Virus record (IMG/VR): IMGVR_UViG_3300009702_000018
Coordinates: 39,046-103,045 of that record
Source of the DNA: a virus
DNA length: 64,000 bases
Direction: 5' to 3' (one strand)
Shown here piece after piece: positions 21,588 through 32,332 of the stretch. The notes under the pieces were generated by a model. That model did not search any database. It saw nothing but the letters and a program-made list of their open reading frames with translations, and was not told where the DNA came from. The position numbers and the translations under genes were made by a program. How positions within the stretch are numbered: position 1 is the first letter of the stretch; each line of letters opens with the position of its first letter.

Positions 21588-22505
21588 TTAAGTAATAACG
21601 ATTTTTGCCATTCTTTCGGGGAAGAATACAGCAACACCCATTTTCATATAAATATGAACATGCCACATAAGAGTATCTACGTCAATATCATCTTTAGAAC
21701 GAAGTTCTTGAGATACGACATATTTACCAATATCTTTACCTACAATTAAAATAGTATCTTGTGGAATGGTAATATGACCAAATCCATCACGATACTGTTG
21801 TAATCCAATAATTGGAATACCACGATAAAGTTGTATCTTCCCAGTTTTCATAATCTGATCTTTTACAGAATCAGAATAGACTCCAAGATCACCAGCAGTG
21901 GTATCAGTATTAAAATCTAAAATAGAATATAATAGATTTCTTCGACCGATAATAGCAGTGGCTCCACCCACTTGATCTTCAACCCAGTTGATAGCCTGAT
22001 CCAAAGCTGTTTTACTTAAACCACTAGCGGCAGTAAAATAATTTGAATCAGTTGCAGAAACAGAACCAGAAATAGTATTAAAGACTCTAGTATTAATAGC
22101 AGCCAAAATAGCATCACGTGCAGCTTTAATTTGATCTTGAGCAGTACCATATCGACCAGCTTCTAATTGAGAAATTTCATACTCTGGATGAGCAGAAATC
22201 ATCCAAGTTGGTACAGTAAATACTTTTTGGATCATTTGGGTTCTAGGAGCATAAGAACCAGGTTCGTGCCAAAAAGCTTTCAACTTGCCAGGCAGTGCAA
22301 ATTCAGCACTAGTCCCAACAGGGATAGTTTCTTTTGGCAACATTAAAGCGGCAAGGTCTTTCTGTTCTACACTATCACTAACATATTTCACGATTTTATT
22401 GGCAACAGCATGCCTCTGTTCTTGAGAACCAAGAACAGCTTCTTTCATCTCTTTAGCAAACTGTTCCCATACTTGTTTAGTGTTCAATTTAGAACCTCCT
22501 TGCAA
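21588..22505 (-). CDS. Major capsid protein (HK97 fold)
   Basis: 305 aa, follows the scaffold and decoration genes. G..QLYRGIPII and MKMGVAVFFPERMAKI C-terminus typical of major capsid proteins. Confidence 0.85.
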   Translation of the reverse strand: MQGGSKLNTKQVWEQFAKEMKEAVLGSQEQRHAVANKIVKYVSDSVEQKDLAALMLPKETIPVGTSAEFALPGKLKAFWHEPGSYAPRTQMIQKVFTVPTWMISAHPEYEISQLEAGRYGTAQDQIKAARDAILAAINTRVFNTISGSVSATDSNYFTAASGLSKTALDQAINWVEDQVGGATAIIGRRNLLYSILDFNTDTTAGDLGVYSDSVKDQIMKTGKIQLYRGIPIIGLQQYRDGFGHITIPQDTILIVGKDIGKYVVSQELRSKDDIDVDTLMWHVHIYMKMGVAVFFPERMAKIVIT

Positions 22506-22510
22506 ATTAA

Positions 22511-23080
22511 TTAAATAACAGGTTGATTTTGATTAGCCGGTGTAGTGCGAACACGCAATAATAAATTGTTAGTTGTAGAATTGCTATAATAAGCACCAGT
22601 TACAAAACCAATTGATTGAGCAGTACCTAATGCACCAGAAGCAGAAGTATCTCCCCACAACTTACCATCACCAGCAGTGGATACATAAACTCTATGTAAA
22701 CCAACAGTGGCAGCAGCCGTAGCTGAACCAGGCATATACATTGTAGAACCAGTAACAGAAGATACTGCAGTGGAAATAGAGATACCAAAAGATAAAGCAT
22801 CAAATTGGTCAGTACCATATTCACCAGCATCATAATATATTACTGTATCACCTTTTGCAGGTTTATCAACAGAGTCAGATGTATCATTCAAATCTTCTTC
22901 AAAATAATATTTATTTATTGGGTAAAACGAAGCAGCAGCTTGAGCAGCAGTAACAGCAACATTAAGCGTGATATTTCCATCAGAATCAAATCCGGAAATA
23001 TAACAAAAAGAACCTCGATGTGCAGCACTGGTATCAATAATCCCGCTATATCTTACTCCAGGAATAAAAACTTCTAACAT
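22511..23080 (-). CDS. Capsid decoration/cement protein
   Basis: Small Ala/Gly/Ser-rich protein between scaffold and major capsid genes. Confidence 0.6.
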   Translation of the reverse strand: MLEVFIPGVRYSGIIDTSAAHRGSFCYISGFDSDGNITLNVAVTAAQAAASFYPINKYYFEEDLNDTSDSVDKPAKGDTVIYYDAGEYGTDQFDALSFGISISTAVSSVTGSTMYMPGSATAAATVGLHRVYVSTAGDGKLWGDTSASGALGTAQSIGFVTGAYYSNSTTNNLLLRVRTTPANQNQPVI

Positions 23081-23096
23081 TTAATATTCCTCCTTT

Positions 23097-24896
23097 TTAT
23101 AAATCAAGAATTTGTTTCAAACCAAGATCAATTCCTGATTCGTTTTTCTCGTTTTCGTTGTCGACTTTAGAAGCAATAGCAGTCTTGTTAGATTCCTCAA
23201 CGGGATCTTCCTTTTTCGTTCCCTTACTTTCATCCTTATTCGTTTCAACAGACGCTTTCGCATTTTCAGAGACTTCATTTAAAATAGATAGAAATTGGTC
23301 AAAAGAATCATTGTTCAAACGAGCAATACTTTCTTTTACAAAATCTAAATTATCTTTAAATTCAAATCCCTTTTCTATAAGAGTCTCATATCTAGCTTCG
23401 GCTGTTTTTTGAAGCTCGATGTTTTTTTTATACTCTTCTAATTCTTTGGCAATGGCATCTTTTTCTTTCTCTTTTTCTGCCATTGACAATTTTAAACCCT
23501 CAATTATTTCACTATTATCGGTAATTTCTTGTTCTAATTGAGCTAGTTTACTTCCATTTTCAATTTCCTTCAGACGATCATTAAGCTCTGCAGCAACAGC
23601 CTCTTTAAATTCTGCAGAATTCTTGTCAATAGTCATATCTTCAGTTCCTCCTTTATCATCTTCATATAAAAATTCATTTATATCTATGTTAAATGCTTTT
23701 GCAGATTCTATGATTTTCTTAACGAGAAAGATTTTTTCTTCATTGTTATAAAATTCACAATCACTATTAAATATTTTTTCAGCACTGGAAAAAAGATTTT
23801 CTATGGAGTCAATAGGGAAAATTCGATTAATCGCATCTGCAAATGCTTCATCAGGTAATTCTGATAAATTATTATTGTATTCATCTGGTATGTTTGCTTT
23901 TTTACTAATTGTAATATTAGCCTGAGCCGTTAATAGATTAGAAAATAATGTCTTTTTTAAATTCATACTTTTAATAAAATTAGTATTCATTAATGAATTC
24001 ATTATTTTATCATCTTCTACTAAAGAGGCTAATGCTATGCTTTTTGCATAAACATCTGCTGGTCCTTGAGTAACTCCAGCACCAACAAAATTACTATCAA
24101 TAAATATACGGGAAGCAATACCTGTTTGTCTTCGTGTTAATAGATGATCACAATATTCAAAAACACTATTAAATGTTTCATGACAAACAGAACAAGAAGC
24201 GGCACCAAATTGATTTTCCATAGAAAAGAATAAGTTGCCATTTTTTTGTCTGTCTCTCATTTTTTTTGCCTCAATAGGATTTTTGTATTCCCAAATAGCA
24301 GCTTGACACACAACAAAATCTTTTTTCAGTGGGTCTATTTCTTTATAATATTCTTTCTCTGCATCTGTAAGATTTTTAACATCAACAAATTTGCTAGCAT
24401 AAATCACTCCAATATTATTGTTGGAATGTTCCCAATTAACAGGTTTATTAATTGCAGTTGGAGCTGCATTTCTTAAATCATCTGCAGTAAATTCGTCAAG
24501 GTTACTATTCTTATCAGCATGACATAAAATAAACTCAACATGCATTAAATCCGAATTTTGATGTTGTTTCGCAATTGCCTCAGATTCAGGGCTATTTGGG
24601 TTTTCAATAATTCTAGAAGCAGACGTATAAATTTGAACAGAATTCAAAGAACCTTTTCCTCCATTCAATTTCGCATGTAATTTTCTATGACAACTACGAC
24701 ATAAATATTCTAAATTACTACGAGCATTATTATTTCTATTCCCATCTTTATGATGGATTTCTAATGTTCCTTTTGTTGTTCCGCATCGAGCACATACTTT
24801 TTTTAATGGTTTGAATTTTTTATTACCTTTATTATGCTTTCTGTCCGGAGCATATCTATTATGATAGGTGTCATCTGCAAAAGAAACGTTTTTCAT
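23097..24896 (-). CDS. HNH endonuclease - prohead protease - scaffold fusion
   Basis: N-terminal CARC...EIHHKDGNRNNN...LCRSCH (HNH); middle KPVNWEH...FSME...CSVC...FVGAGVTQGPAD (protease-like); C-terminal acidic coiled coil. Confidence 0.7.
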   Translation of the reverse strand: MKNVSFADDTYHNRYAPDRKHNKGNKKFKPLKKVCARCGTTKGTLEIHHKDGNRNNNARSNLEYLCRSCHRKLHAKLNGGKGSLNSVQIYTSASRIIENPNSPESEAIAKQHQNSDLMHVEFILCHADKNSNLDEFTADDLRNAAPTAINKPVNWEHSNNNIGVIYASKFVDVKNLTDAEKEYYKEIDPLKKDFVVCQAAIWEYKNPIEAKKMRDRQKNGNLFFSMENQFGAASCSVCHETFNSVFEYCDHLLTRRQTGIASRIFIDSNFVGAGVTQGPADVYAKSIALASLVEDDKIMNSLMNTNFIKSMNLKKTLFSNLLTAQANITISKKANIPDEYNNNLSELPDEAFADAINRIFPIDSIENLFSSAEKIFNSDCEFYNNEEKIFLVKKIIESAKAFNIDINEFLYEDDKGGTEDMTIDKNSAEFKEAVAAELNDRLKEIENGSKLAQLEQEITDNSEIIEGLKLSMAEKEKEKDAIAKELEEYKKNIELQKTAEARYETLIEKGFEFKDNLDFVKESIARLNNDSFDQFLSILNEVSENAKASVETNKDESKGTKKEDPVEESNKTAIASKVDNENEKNESGIDLGLKQILDL

Positions 24897-24900
24897 TGTA

Positions 24901-25077
24901 TTAAGCTCTGGGATTAGGATTAGCAGTATTCTTTAATAGTTTGTCTTTTCTTATAACATGCTGTGGCTTTTTAGGAGCTATTTTTTTCTTAGGATACGCT
25001 TTAATATCTTTTTTCGGAGTAACTGCATTAAAAGCTTCAGCAAAATCTTCAGCAAATTCCTCGTATTTCTCTGGCAT
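24901..25077 (-). CDS. Small basic hypothetical protein (58 aa, MPEKYEEFAE...)
   Basis: Read manually (below the track cutoff); AGAGGA RBS. Confidence 0.55.
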   Translation of the reverse strand: MPEKYEEFAEDFAEAFNAVTPKKDIKAYPKKKIAPKKPQHVIRKDKLLKNTANPNPRA

Positions 25078-25092
25078 GATTAATTCCTCTTT

Positions 25093-25428
25093 TTAAATAT
25101 TTTCATTTAATTCCAATACCACTTGGGCACTACTTACCAAAGCACCTGATACAACAGGTACGACCTCCAATAAAATACCTAAATTATCTAAGTGTATAAC
25201 ACTAGAATTTCCCCCAGCTATAGCACCAGATGAGGCATGTACAAACATATGATTGGTATTATAACCTGAATATACATAAACATTTGTATTGGAAGATCCC
25301 GATGCTTTGGTTACATCTACATATAAATTACCACTTTTACTATGTTTATTCTCATAAAATACTCCTGTTGCTGTTCCTATTGGGAGAATAACATCAAAAA
25401 ATGGCTTTTCAATTCTTTTTAAAATCAT
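25093..25428 (-). CDS. Hypothetical, possibly structural, protein
   Basis: Likely start MILKR at 25428 with AAGGA RBS. Confidence 0.5.
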   Translation of the reverse strand: MILKRIEKPFFDVILPIGTATGVFYENKHSKSGNLYVDVTKASGSSNTNVYVYSGYNTNHMFVHASSGAIAGGNSSVIHLDNLGILLEVVPVVSGALVSSAQVVLELNENI

Positions 25429-25484
25429 AATAATATCCTTGTCTTTCATTAACATATACGGAAAAATATTCAATATATGTTAAA

Positions 25485-25868
25485 TTATAGCTTTAACTTA
25501 ACAAAATAAAAGATTAATGAAAAAATTTGGTCTATTAAAAATACAGCAATGGCAGTATAAATAAACATTTTAACTTTCAAAGTTAATACTGAATCTTTTA
25601 TTTTTTGTAAATCTATAGATTTAAATGTTATAAAATCATCTTTTAAATCTTTTATACTTTTTTCAATTTTATCCATATCCTCGCCAATAGAAGATAATAC
25701 CTCTGTAGTAATTGCCTTGAATTCAATCATCGAAGAAGTATTTAATAAATGTAGTTTAGTTTCTATTTCACTCATAGTAATTGTATACTTTTCATTCATT
25801 TGATGATATTCGTCTTCTATTTTATTTATACGTTTATTCAAATCTCTTATTTCTTCGTTCATTATCAA
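25485..25868 (-). CDS. Coiled-coil protein with C-terminal transmembrane helix
   Basis: Heptad-rich N-terminus; hydrophobic C-terminus FIYTAIAVFLIDQIFSLIFYF. Confidence 0.55.
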   Translation of the reverse strand: MIMNEEIRDLNKRINKIEDEYHQMNEKYTITMSEIETKLHLLNTSSMIEFKAITTEVLSSIGEDMDKIEKSIKDLKDDFITFKSIDLQKIKDSVLTLKVKMFIYTAIAVFLIDQIFSLIFYFVKLKL

Positions 25869-26241
25869 ACTCCGTGTTGTATTGTTCTTCTTTTGGCTGT
25901 AAAATTAATATCGCATGACCTCCTGGAGATAAAATTCCCCCATGAGGAGTTTGAGGTGGAACGGCATATACTTCTGTTTCTTTTACAACATCCCCATTAT
26001 TAAACGTTATTGTACCTTTAACAACATAAAATGTTTCTTTACTATTTTCATGAATATGTTCGGGAATTTTTTGTCCATTCCCAATAATTGGACTAACCAA
26101 TTCAAATATTTGACAATAAGGAGAAGTCATATAATTATATATACGAACCATATATTCATCGGTTTCTTTCCAATTAATTATATTCATATCTCTTATTGTA
26201 ATATCTTTTAATTTTTGAATACCTTCATTTAGCTTTGACAT
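25834..26241 (-). CDS. Cupin-domain protein
   Basis: PEHIHENSKETFYVVKG and VPPQTPHG cupin motifs; likely start 26241. Confidence 0.8.
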   Translation of the reverse strand: MSKLNEGIQKLKDITIRDMNIINWKETDEYMVRIYNYMTSPYCQIFELVSPIIGNGQKIPEHIHENSKETFYVVKGTITFNNGDVVKETEVYAVPPQTPHGGILSPGGHAILILQPKEEQYNTEFDNERRNKRFE

Positions 26242-27805
26242 TTGGTTTAACCTTCTTTTCTTCTTGTAAATTAATGGTTTCATTTTTCGTTTGAGTTTTC
26301 TTAAGTTGATTTTTTGTCATTTTTGGATTAATATCAGGAGGTCTTGTATTATCTTTCTTTGTATCATTACCACTGAATGGTAATTTTGGAGGCATAAAAT
26401 ATTCTGCTTGTTTTTGTTCTTTTTTCTTGTTTGTTAGTTCATGATCAAAATTATATCCCGATTCTTTTAAAGCAGTATGGGTAGAGATTAATCCTCTATC
26501 ATAAAAAGCCATTATCAAATTTTTAACTTCAGATTCTTTTGTAAGATTCATTCTGTCCCACTTGACAGAAAGATCTACATCTTCAAATCCATTATAATCA
26601 GCAATTTGATTCATAATTTTTACTAACCATAAAGCAACAATTTTCCTCCAATTAGACAATCTTTCTACCAAAGACATAATAGAAACCCAAGCATCCCCCT
26701 TTTGATCCATAGACATTAATGATTGGGGAACGCCCAAAGCAATTAAAACATCTTGTTTAGCATCTTCATATTTATTCTTAAATGCTAATATTTTACCATC
26801 TGGTCCGACTTGTTCAACACTTACATCGTGTGCCCAAACTAAAGTCGTTGTTGCTTTTGGGTTTCTAATCAAAGATGCAAATTTCTTTAATCTATCTCTT
26901 GTGGCGGGATGTTCTTCTGTTCCAATTTTAAAAATTGTTATTAAATTCAATAAACCAGTTGTTATTGATTCATCCAGTTCTCTTAATTTCTCTAAAATAG
27001 AGACAGCAGAAAAACATCTCGATAAATATGGGATGCCCCATGCTTGATAACTTTTTGATCTCCTTTTAATATGTGTAACATATTTGGGATTTAATCTAAC
27101 TCCATCAAAACCAAGTTTATTCTTTTTAAGTGAATTTAAAATACTTCGTGGAACAGCCTGTTTAATCAAAGCTGATTCGGGATTACTTCTTCCATCTTGT
27201 CTTATTTTGTCTAATAATTCACTATCATATTTTAAATATAATACTTCTTGTCCAAAAGCAATTGGTCCAGATGGTATTTTTATTGATGTAGGATTTATTA
27301 AAGTAATTAACATAGGTAATTTAACTTGTCGCCCATTAACAGTTTCATTAGTCCATCTGGCATATGGAAAAGCATTTCCAGAAGTGAACCATTCCAATGC
27401 TATTTCTTGAGCTACATTATAAATACCTGGCAATGAATTAGTATTTTTATAGTTAATTTTTCTAAACCAATATGCTAATATTTTATCTAATTCTTTATTT
27501 CCTGTCGCATTTGGTTTAACATCTGTAACAGCAAAATCTATTAAAACATCAACAGCATTACCAACTAAGCTATTATATTTATATATTTTATTACTAACTT
27601 CTATCTGTTTATATATATCATTATAAATATCTTTATATTTTCTTAATGTAGATAAATAAGAAGTAGGAACTTGAACAGAAGTAGGAACTTTATATCCTAC
27701 TGCTAAAGTACCATCATCTTCATCTATTTCTACATTTTCTGTATCAATATTTTCAAAAGACACGTTTTTTCTCCTAAACCCAGAATCCAGTTGCTGGCTC
27801 TGCAT
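26225..27805 (-). CDS. Portal protein
   Basis: 526 aa after TerL. EWFTSGNAF, VTHIKR...WGIPYL, IALGVPQSL portal motifs. Confidence 0.85.
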   Translation of the reverse strand: MQSQQLDSGFRRKNVSFENIDTENVEIDEDDGTLAVGYKVPTSVQVPTSYLSTLRKYKDIYNDIYKQIEVSNKIYKYNSLVGNAVDVLIDFAVTDVKPNATGNKELDKILAYWFRKINYKNTNSLPGIYNVAQEIALEWFTSGNAFPYARWTNETVNGRQVKLPMLITLINPTSIKIPSGPIAFGQEVLYLKYDSELLDKIRQDGRSNPESALIKQAVPRSILNSLKKNKLGFDGVRLNPKYVTHIKRRSKSYQAWGIPYLSRCFSAVSILEKLRELDESITTGLLNLITIFKIGTEEHPATRDRLKKFASLIRNPKATTTLVWAHDVSVEQVGPDGKILAFKNKYEDAKQDVLIALGVPQSLMSMDQKGDAWVSIMSLVERLSNWRKIVALWLVKIMNQIADYNGFEDVDLSVKWDRMNLTKESEVKNLIMAFYDRGLISTHTALKESGYNFDHELTNKKKEQKQAEYFMPPKLPFSGNDTKKDNTRPPDINPKMTKNQLKKTQTKNETINLQEEKKVKPNVKAK

Positions 27806-29357
27806 TTTTCTTTTCTATATTATTCCCCAAAAATTCATCTGCAGCACGCAATGCTAAAGTTAAAGCAGTAATTCTATCTTTTTTAAATTGAGAAGGAACA
27901 TCAAAAGTATAATAATTACCCTTGCCTTCAGCTTGTATAACAAGCATTTCTCTTTTTAAACTTAAAATTTCCTGTGCCATTTCTTCATATTCTTTATCTG
28001 AATGATGTCTTATATCAATTGGGAACTCTATCATTCTATGTTGCATTTCTGCTTTTAATTTAATATATAAATTATTAATTACAGGAGTAGTAAAATTAAC
28101 CATTCTCAATATATGTTCTCCTGGTAAATCAATTGTATCTTTATCATCCATATCATAAATAGGTGGCTGTGTTTCTCCTGTTTCTGTAACATGTTTAACT
28201 GCTAATAAATCTTTTAAAGTGGTTCCTCCTCCCCCAGAATCCATGTTAATCTGAACAACATTAAATAAACTTATAAATTTTCTAATAGCAGAAACCATAG
28301 CTTGATATGTTTTACCATTTAAAGTAAAACATCTGACAACTTGTTTTTGTCCCCCTATTAATTTTAAAAGCACAATAGCAAAATTATCTCCCCCCAAAGC
28401 TCTTGCAGCATCAACTCCCATAACATAAGTAGCAGTATCATCTCCAATTGTTTCTATAGGACATTCTGATCTTACAATAACCCCATTTGAATTAACTCTT
28501 GTTTCTGGAGTACATGCATCAATTAATTTTTGAGAAAAAAATCCAATATTTTCAACGGGGAATATACACAAGTTTTCCATCAAATATATTGATCTAATAG
28601 TATCCATCTTCATCATTTTATATACTTCATCATCAACTTCAAAGGGAGGATCTTTTTGAAGTTTTAAATCATCAACAGTATATTCTGATAATCCATATTT
28701 TTCTGGTTGTTCTACTGATAAAATATTATACATTAAATATTGCAAATAAAAATGATTCCAAGTATAATAAGCGGTTGAAGAAATAACATATTTATTTTCA
28801 ACATCTTTTTGTTTAACGTTCATCATTGGGCGAATAACCATTTTCACAATATCCTCACCAACTTGAGCATATTCATCTATTAATACAACATTATATCTTC
28901 GACCTCTAACTTTTTGACCTGTCCCTAATGGTAATCCCTCAATAAAGGATCTATTATGAAATCTAACAATATCTTTAAATGTAGTCCTTTGTAATTTTCC
29001 CTTGACGGAAGCCCTAAAAAAAGCAGAATCTTCAAAAAAATCTGCTATTTTTTCAAATAAAAAATCAGTTTGTTTAAAAGATGGTGTTAATATTCCAATT
29101 TTAACTTTGGGATATAACATTGCATATAAAACAGCAAATAAAGCTAATAACCATGTTTTACCAATACCACGACTCATTAAAACTAAATTATTTTTCTTAA
29201 ACCAAAGAGATCTCAAAACCTTTCTTTGATACCAAGCCAAATCAACACCTAACAAATCTTTAGCCGCAATAACGGGATGTTGTCTATAAAATAAAATTAG
29301 TCGTTCACTATTGTTTAATTTATATTTTTCATCTTTTGCTAATCTAACATATGTCAA
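27774..29357 (-). CDS. terL: Terminase large subunit
   Basis: YQ motif, Walker A SRGIGKT, RGRR, Walker B VVLIDE, RNase H-like GVDAAR, C-terminal KDRITAL. Confidence 0.92.
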   Translation of the reverse strand: MTYVRLAKDEKYKLNNSERLILFYRQHPVIAAKDLLGVDLAWYQRKVLRSLWFKKNNLVLMSRGIGKTWLLALFAVLYAMLYPKVKIGILTPSFKQTDFLFEKIADFFEDSAFFRASVKGKLQRTTFKDIVRFHNRSFIEGLPLGTGQKVRGRRYNVVLIDEYAQVGEDIVKMVIRPMMNVKQKDVENKYVISSTAYYTWNHFYLQYLMYNILSVEQPEKYGLSEYTVDDLKLQKDPPFEVDDEVYKMMKMDTIRSIYLMENLCIFPVENIGFFSQKLIDACTPETRVNSNGVIVRSECPIETIGDDTATYVMGVDAARALGGDNFAIVLLKLIGGQKQVVRCFTLNGKTYQAMVSAIRKFISLFNVVQINMDSGGGGTTLKDLLAVKHVTETGETQPPIYDMDDKDTIDLPGEHILRMVNFTTPVINNLYIKLKAEMQHRMIEFPIDIRHHSDKEYEEMAQEILSLKREMLVIQAEGKGNYYTFDVPSQFKKDRITALTLALRAADEFLGNNIEKKNAEPATGFWV

Positions 29358-30238
29358 CTTAAATCAATCCCGTCTGGTAATTCTTTTTCTGTTTTCTTAG
29401 GAACTTCTTTTTTATCATTCAAAGACAATGCTATTTCTTCGGCAATCTTTTTAGTTTGTGCTTCTTCAATAACCTCTGGATTTTTCCCATTCAACTGTAA
29501 CATAGCTTTCATTTTTTCAATTGGAGGTAAAACATTGTTGGGGGGTTTTTGATCTTTTTGAAATTGTAGTTTGGCTTCTTGCTCATACATTGCTTTTAAT
29601 TCTTCTGGCATTTTTTTAAATTTCTCTTCCAATTCTAAAGCAATTTCTGCCACATTGCCATCAATTTTATTTATTATTCCTGCTCTTTGTTCTCTGGTAA
29701 TACCCAACTTAGTTTGTAATTCAGTAATTCGTTTTAAGTTTTCAGTCATTCTTTTCCCATAATCGTTTTTAGGATAAGCAATTTGTTTTTTAAATAATCT
29801 TCGTTGTAATAACTCTTCTACAAGTAATTGTTGTACAAGAGGTTTGTCAGAACTATTATTAAAATCAAAATCTCTAAAATATATTTTTTCTCTTTCTTCC
29901 CACCATTTTCTTTCCCCTTTTGTCATACTATTGAAAAAATATTGATCAGTAAATTCATTTTCATCTTTATCTTCTTCAATTGATTCTTTTTCATTTTCAT
30001 CTAATTTTTTTCTGGGTTGTAGATTAGAATGAGACTTCCATTGATACCCTGTTTTCATTTTAATTCTTGTGGCTAAACTATATGGAGCTCTTTCCCATCC
30101 AACTTGAACTTCATCAAAAATTTTATCAATTTTTTCCATTGCTTTATCTTCTGTTAGCCCCTTTTTAATATAATAGTCTAAAAGCAGTTTATACCACTTC
30201 TGCTTATCTTTATCCGACATTATCATTAATTTGCTCAT
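29354..30238 (-). CDS. Putative terminase small subunit
   Basis: Directly upstream of TerL, helical, KLGITREQR motif; start MSKLM at 30238 with AGGAG RBS. Confidence 0.5.
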   Translation of the reverse strand: MSKLMIMSDKDKQKWYKLLLDYYIKKGLTEDKAMEKIDKIFDEVQVGWERAPYSLATRIKMKTGYQWKSHSNLQPRKKLDENEKESIEEDKDENEFTDQYFFNSMTKGERKWWEEREKIYFRDFDFNNSSDKPLVQQLLVEELLQRRLFKKQIAYPKNDYGKRMTENLKRITELQTKLGITREQRAGIINKIDGNVAEIALELEEKFKKMPEELKAMYEQEAKLQFQKDQKPPNNVLPPIEKMKAMLQLNGKNPEVIEEAQTKKIAEEIALSLNDKKEVPKKTEKELPDGIDLS

Positions 30239-30303
30239 TATATCTCCTATTTCATTATTAAATACGGTTAAATGCAGATAAAATATAAAAAAACCAAAAA
30301 AAT

Positions 30304-30329
30304 ATCCCATTCAATTCAGAATGGGATAA
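30304..30329 (-). terminator. Hairpin between the metabolism and packaging modules
   Basis: ATCCCATT-caattcag-AATGGGAT, followed by T-rich sequence on the minus strand. Confidence 0.5.
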
Positions 30330-30358
30330 AGTATAATTAAAAATTAGAGAAATAATAA

Positions 30359-30862
30359 TTATAATAATTTAAATTCTTTTGCTACCTCCAATATAACAGA
30401 TTTAATACGTCTAATATTTCCGACAAAAGAAGAATAGCTAATGTTAATAAATTCAGCAATTTCTTTATAACTTTTTCTATCAACATTATATAAAAAAGCA
30501 TAAAAAATAGATATTTGATTTTGAGTCTTTAATCTTGTTACAATTGTACTAATAAATTGATCATAATTACAAGATAAATTTTTTGATACTGTGGCATTTT
30601 CAAATATTCTTACAAAACTATCTTCAAAAATATCTTGTCTTTTTGTATCATATATTAATCTCCTATATTTTGTTTTAATAAGCATTTTAATATAAAAAGG
30701 CAAAGATGATTTTTCTATTTTATAACCATTTAATTTTTCAAAAATAAAAATTCTTATTTCTTGTGCATAATCTTCGAACTTATCCATTGATATTTTCTTT
30801 GCATAATAAACAATATAATTATTATAAGATTGTAATATGTTATTATAATTAAAAATTATCAT
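30359..30862 (-). CDS. Sigma-70/ECF-like factor
   Basis: Region-2-like FEDYAQEIRIFIFEKL..Y...KSSL; C-terminal HTH SYKEIAEFINISYSS. Confidence 0.6.
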   Translation of the reverse strand: MIIFNYNNILQSYNNYIVYYAKKISMDKFEDYAQEIRIFIFEKLNGYKIEKSSLPFYIKMLIKTKYRRLIYDTKRQDIFEDSFVRIFENATVSKNLSCNYDQFISTIVTRLKTQNQISIFYAFLYNVDRKSYKEIAEFINISYSSFVGNIRRIKSVILEVAKEFKLL

Positions 30863-31956
30863 TTTTCAAGCCCAATAAAAAATTGTAAAACTTTACCATC
30901 ATATAAGTATTGAATCTGATTTGAATCTTTTGTAACCCATTTTGTATCAGAAACTGATTTATATAATGCTTCTTTGAGATTTTTGCCATCTACAAACAAA
31001 GATAAATCAAGATCTCCAGAAGACTCAAATAATTTAATTGTTTCATATGCATGTGTCCTATTTTCTACAAATAATGTTAAAGTATCTTTAGAACACTTAA
31101 TTCCTACTGAATTAGTTTCAGTATCTGAAAAAATTAAAATTCTATTTAAAGCATCTAATACTGTATCTGGATCAATTTTAATATAATAAGCATCATCCAA
31201 TTTATCATAATTATCAATAATCTCTTTTATTTCTTCATATGGATATTTAGTTTCAATTGTAGTAGTAAATATAAAATTTTCAGTATTTCCAATAATTTTT
31301 CCATTTGATACAGAAATATGAATTTCTCCTACTTGTCCCACATTCATCAAACAATCACATGCTTTTTTATGCAATGATAAATCATTTACACTTTTATCAA
31401 AATCAATAGTAGCTCCTCTAATTCCATCACAAGCAATCATTCTTCCATCTGTAATATAAATATTTTGAAGATCATATTGAGACAAATCTTTTGACAAACA
31501 ATGTGAAATACTATTATATTTGTCTGTAAATTCTTTAACGGAAATTTGATAATCTGGAGTATAAACTTGATAATAATCAATATCTAAAAGTTCTCCATTT
31601 TCTGATGCATATTCTTCGTCCAAAAGAGGAAGAGTATATTTAGAATTTCCATGTATAAAAAAGCATTTATTATCCTCAAAAGATATGACAACTTCTCCAT
31701 TGTTAAACCCATTAATTAGCCCGAATAAATACTTTCCCAAGATATATCTATTTTCTTTATCTTCGTCTTTCATATCATAATAATTAATAAATACTGAACC
31801 AATCGTATAATTATCAAATGCTTTTAATTCAATTTGATTTCTTTTTAATCTTATCAATAAATATCTATAAATTAATTGTGTATGATTGTGATTAATAATT
31901 GAATTTAAAATTTGCATCGCTTTTTTTAATTCTGATATTGTTGTTTTAAATTTCAT
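30859..31956 (-). CDS. dnaN: DNA polymerase III beta sliding clamp
   Basis: 365 aa; MKF....ELKKA, IACDGIR, ALNRI..F, beta-clamp pattern. Confidence 0.75.
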   Translation of the reverse strand: MKFKTTISELKKAMQILNSIINHNHTQLIYRYLLIRLKRNQIELKAFDNYTIGSVFINYYDMKDEDKENRYILGKYLFGLINGFNNGEVVISFEDNKCFFIHGNSKYTLPLLDEEYASENGELLDIDYYQVYTPDYQISVKEFTDKYNSISHCLSKDLSQYDLQNIYITDGRMIACDGIRGATIDFDKSVNDLSLHKKACDCLMNVGQVGEIHISVSNGKIIGNTENFIFTTTIETKYPYEEIKEIIDNYDKLDDAYYIKIDPDTVLDALNRILIFSDTETNSVGIKCSKDTLTLFVENRTHAYETIKLFESSGDLDLSLFVDGKNLKEALYKSVSDTKWVTKDSNQIQYLYDGKVLQFFIGLEK

Positions 31957-32332
31957 TTCTCTTATTCCTTAAATATTTAATGACATCAGCGTATCTTTTA
32001 GGATCTATCATATTTAAATGATATAAAATAAAATCACGCCCGCTGATAAACACCTTATCTTTTATAAAACCATCATGTACTTTTCTATGACAGTTAAAAC
32101 ACAAAGCAATTAAATTTCCCATTGAATCATCTCCTCCATCACTTCTATATCTAATATGATGAGAAGATACCATTACATTACTCCCGCAGATTTTACATCT
32201 GTGTTCTGACGCTTCCAATTTAATATTCTTTTTACTTTTAATTTTCTTTTTCTTAAAAAAATGTTTCTGCGGCGATTTGTTATTTGTAAAATACTTTTTA
32301 TAACCATTAGAATTTACTTTATTTTTTGACAT
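31946..32332 (-). CDS. HNH endonuclease
   Basis: CKIC...HHIRYRSDGGDD...NLIALCFNCHRKVH. Confidence 0.85.
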   Translation of the reverse strand: MSKNKVNSNGYKKYFTNNKSPQKHFFKKKKIKSKKNIKLEASEHRCKICGSNVMVSSHHIRYRSDGGDDSMGNLIALCFNCHRKVHDGFIKDKVFISGRDFILYHLNMIDPKRYADVIKYLRNKRNEI

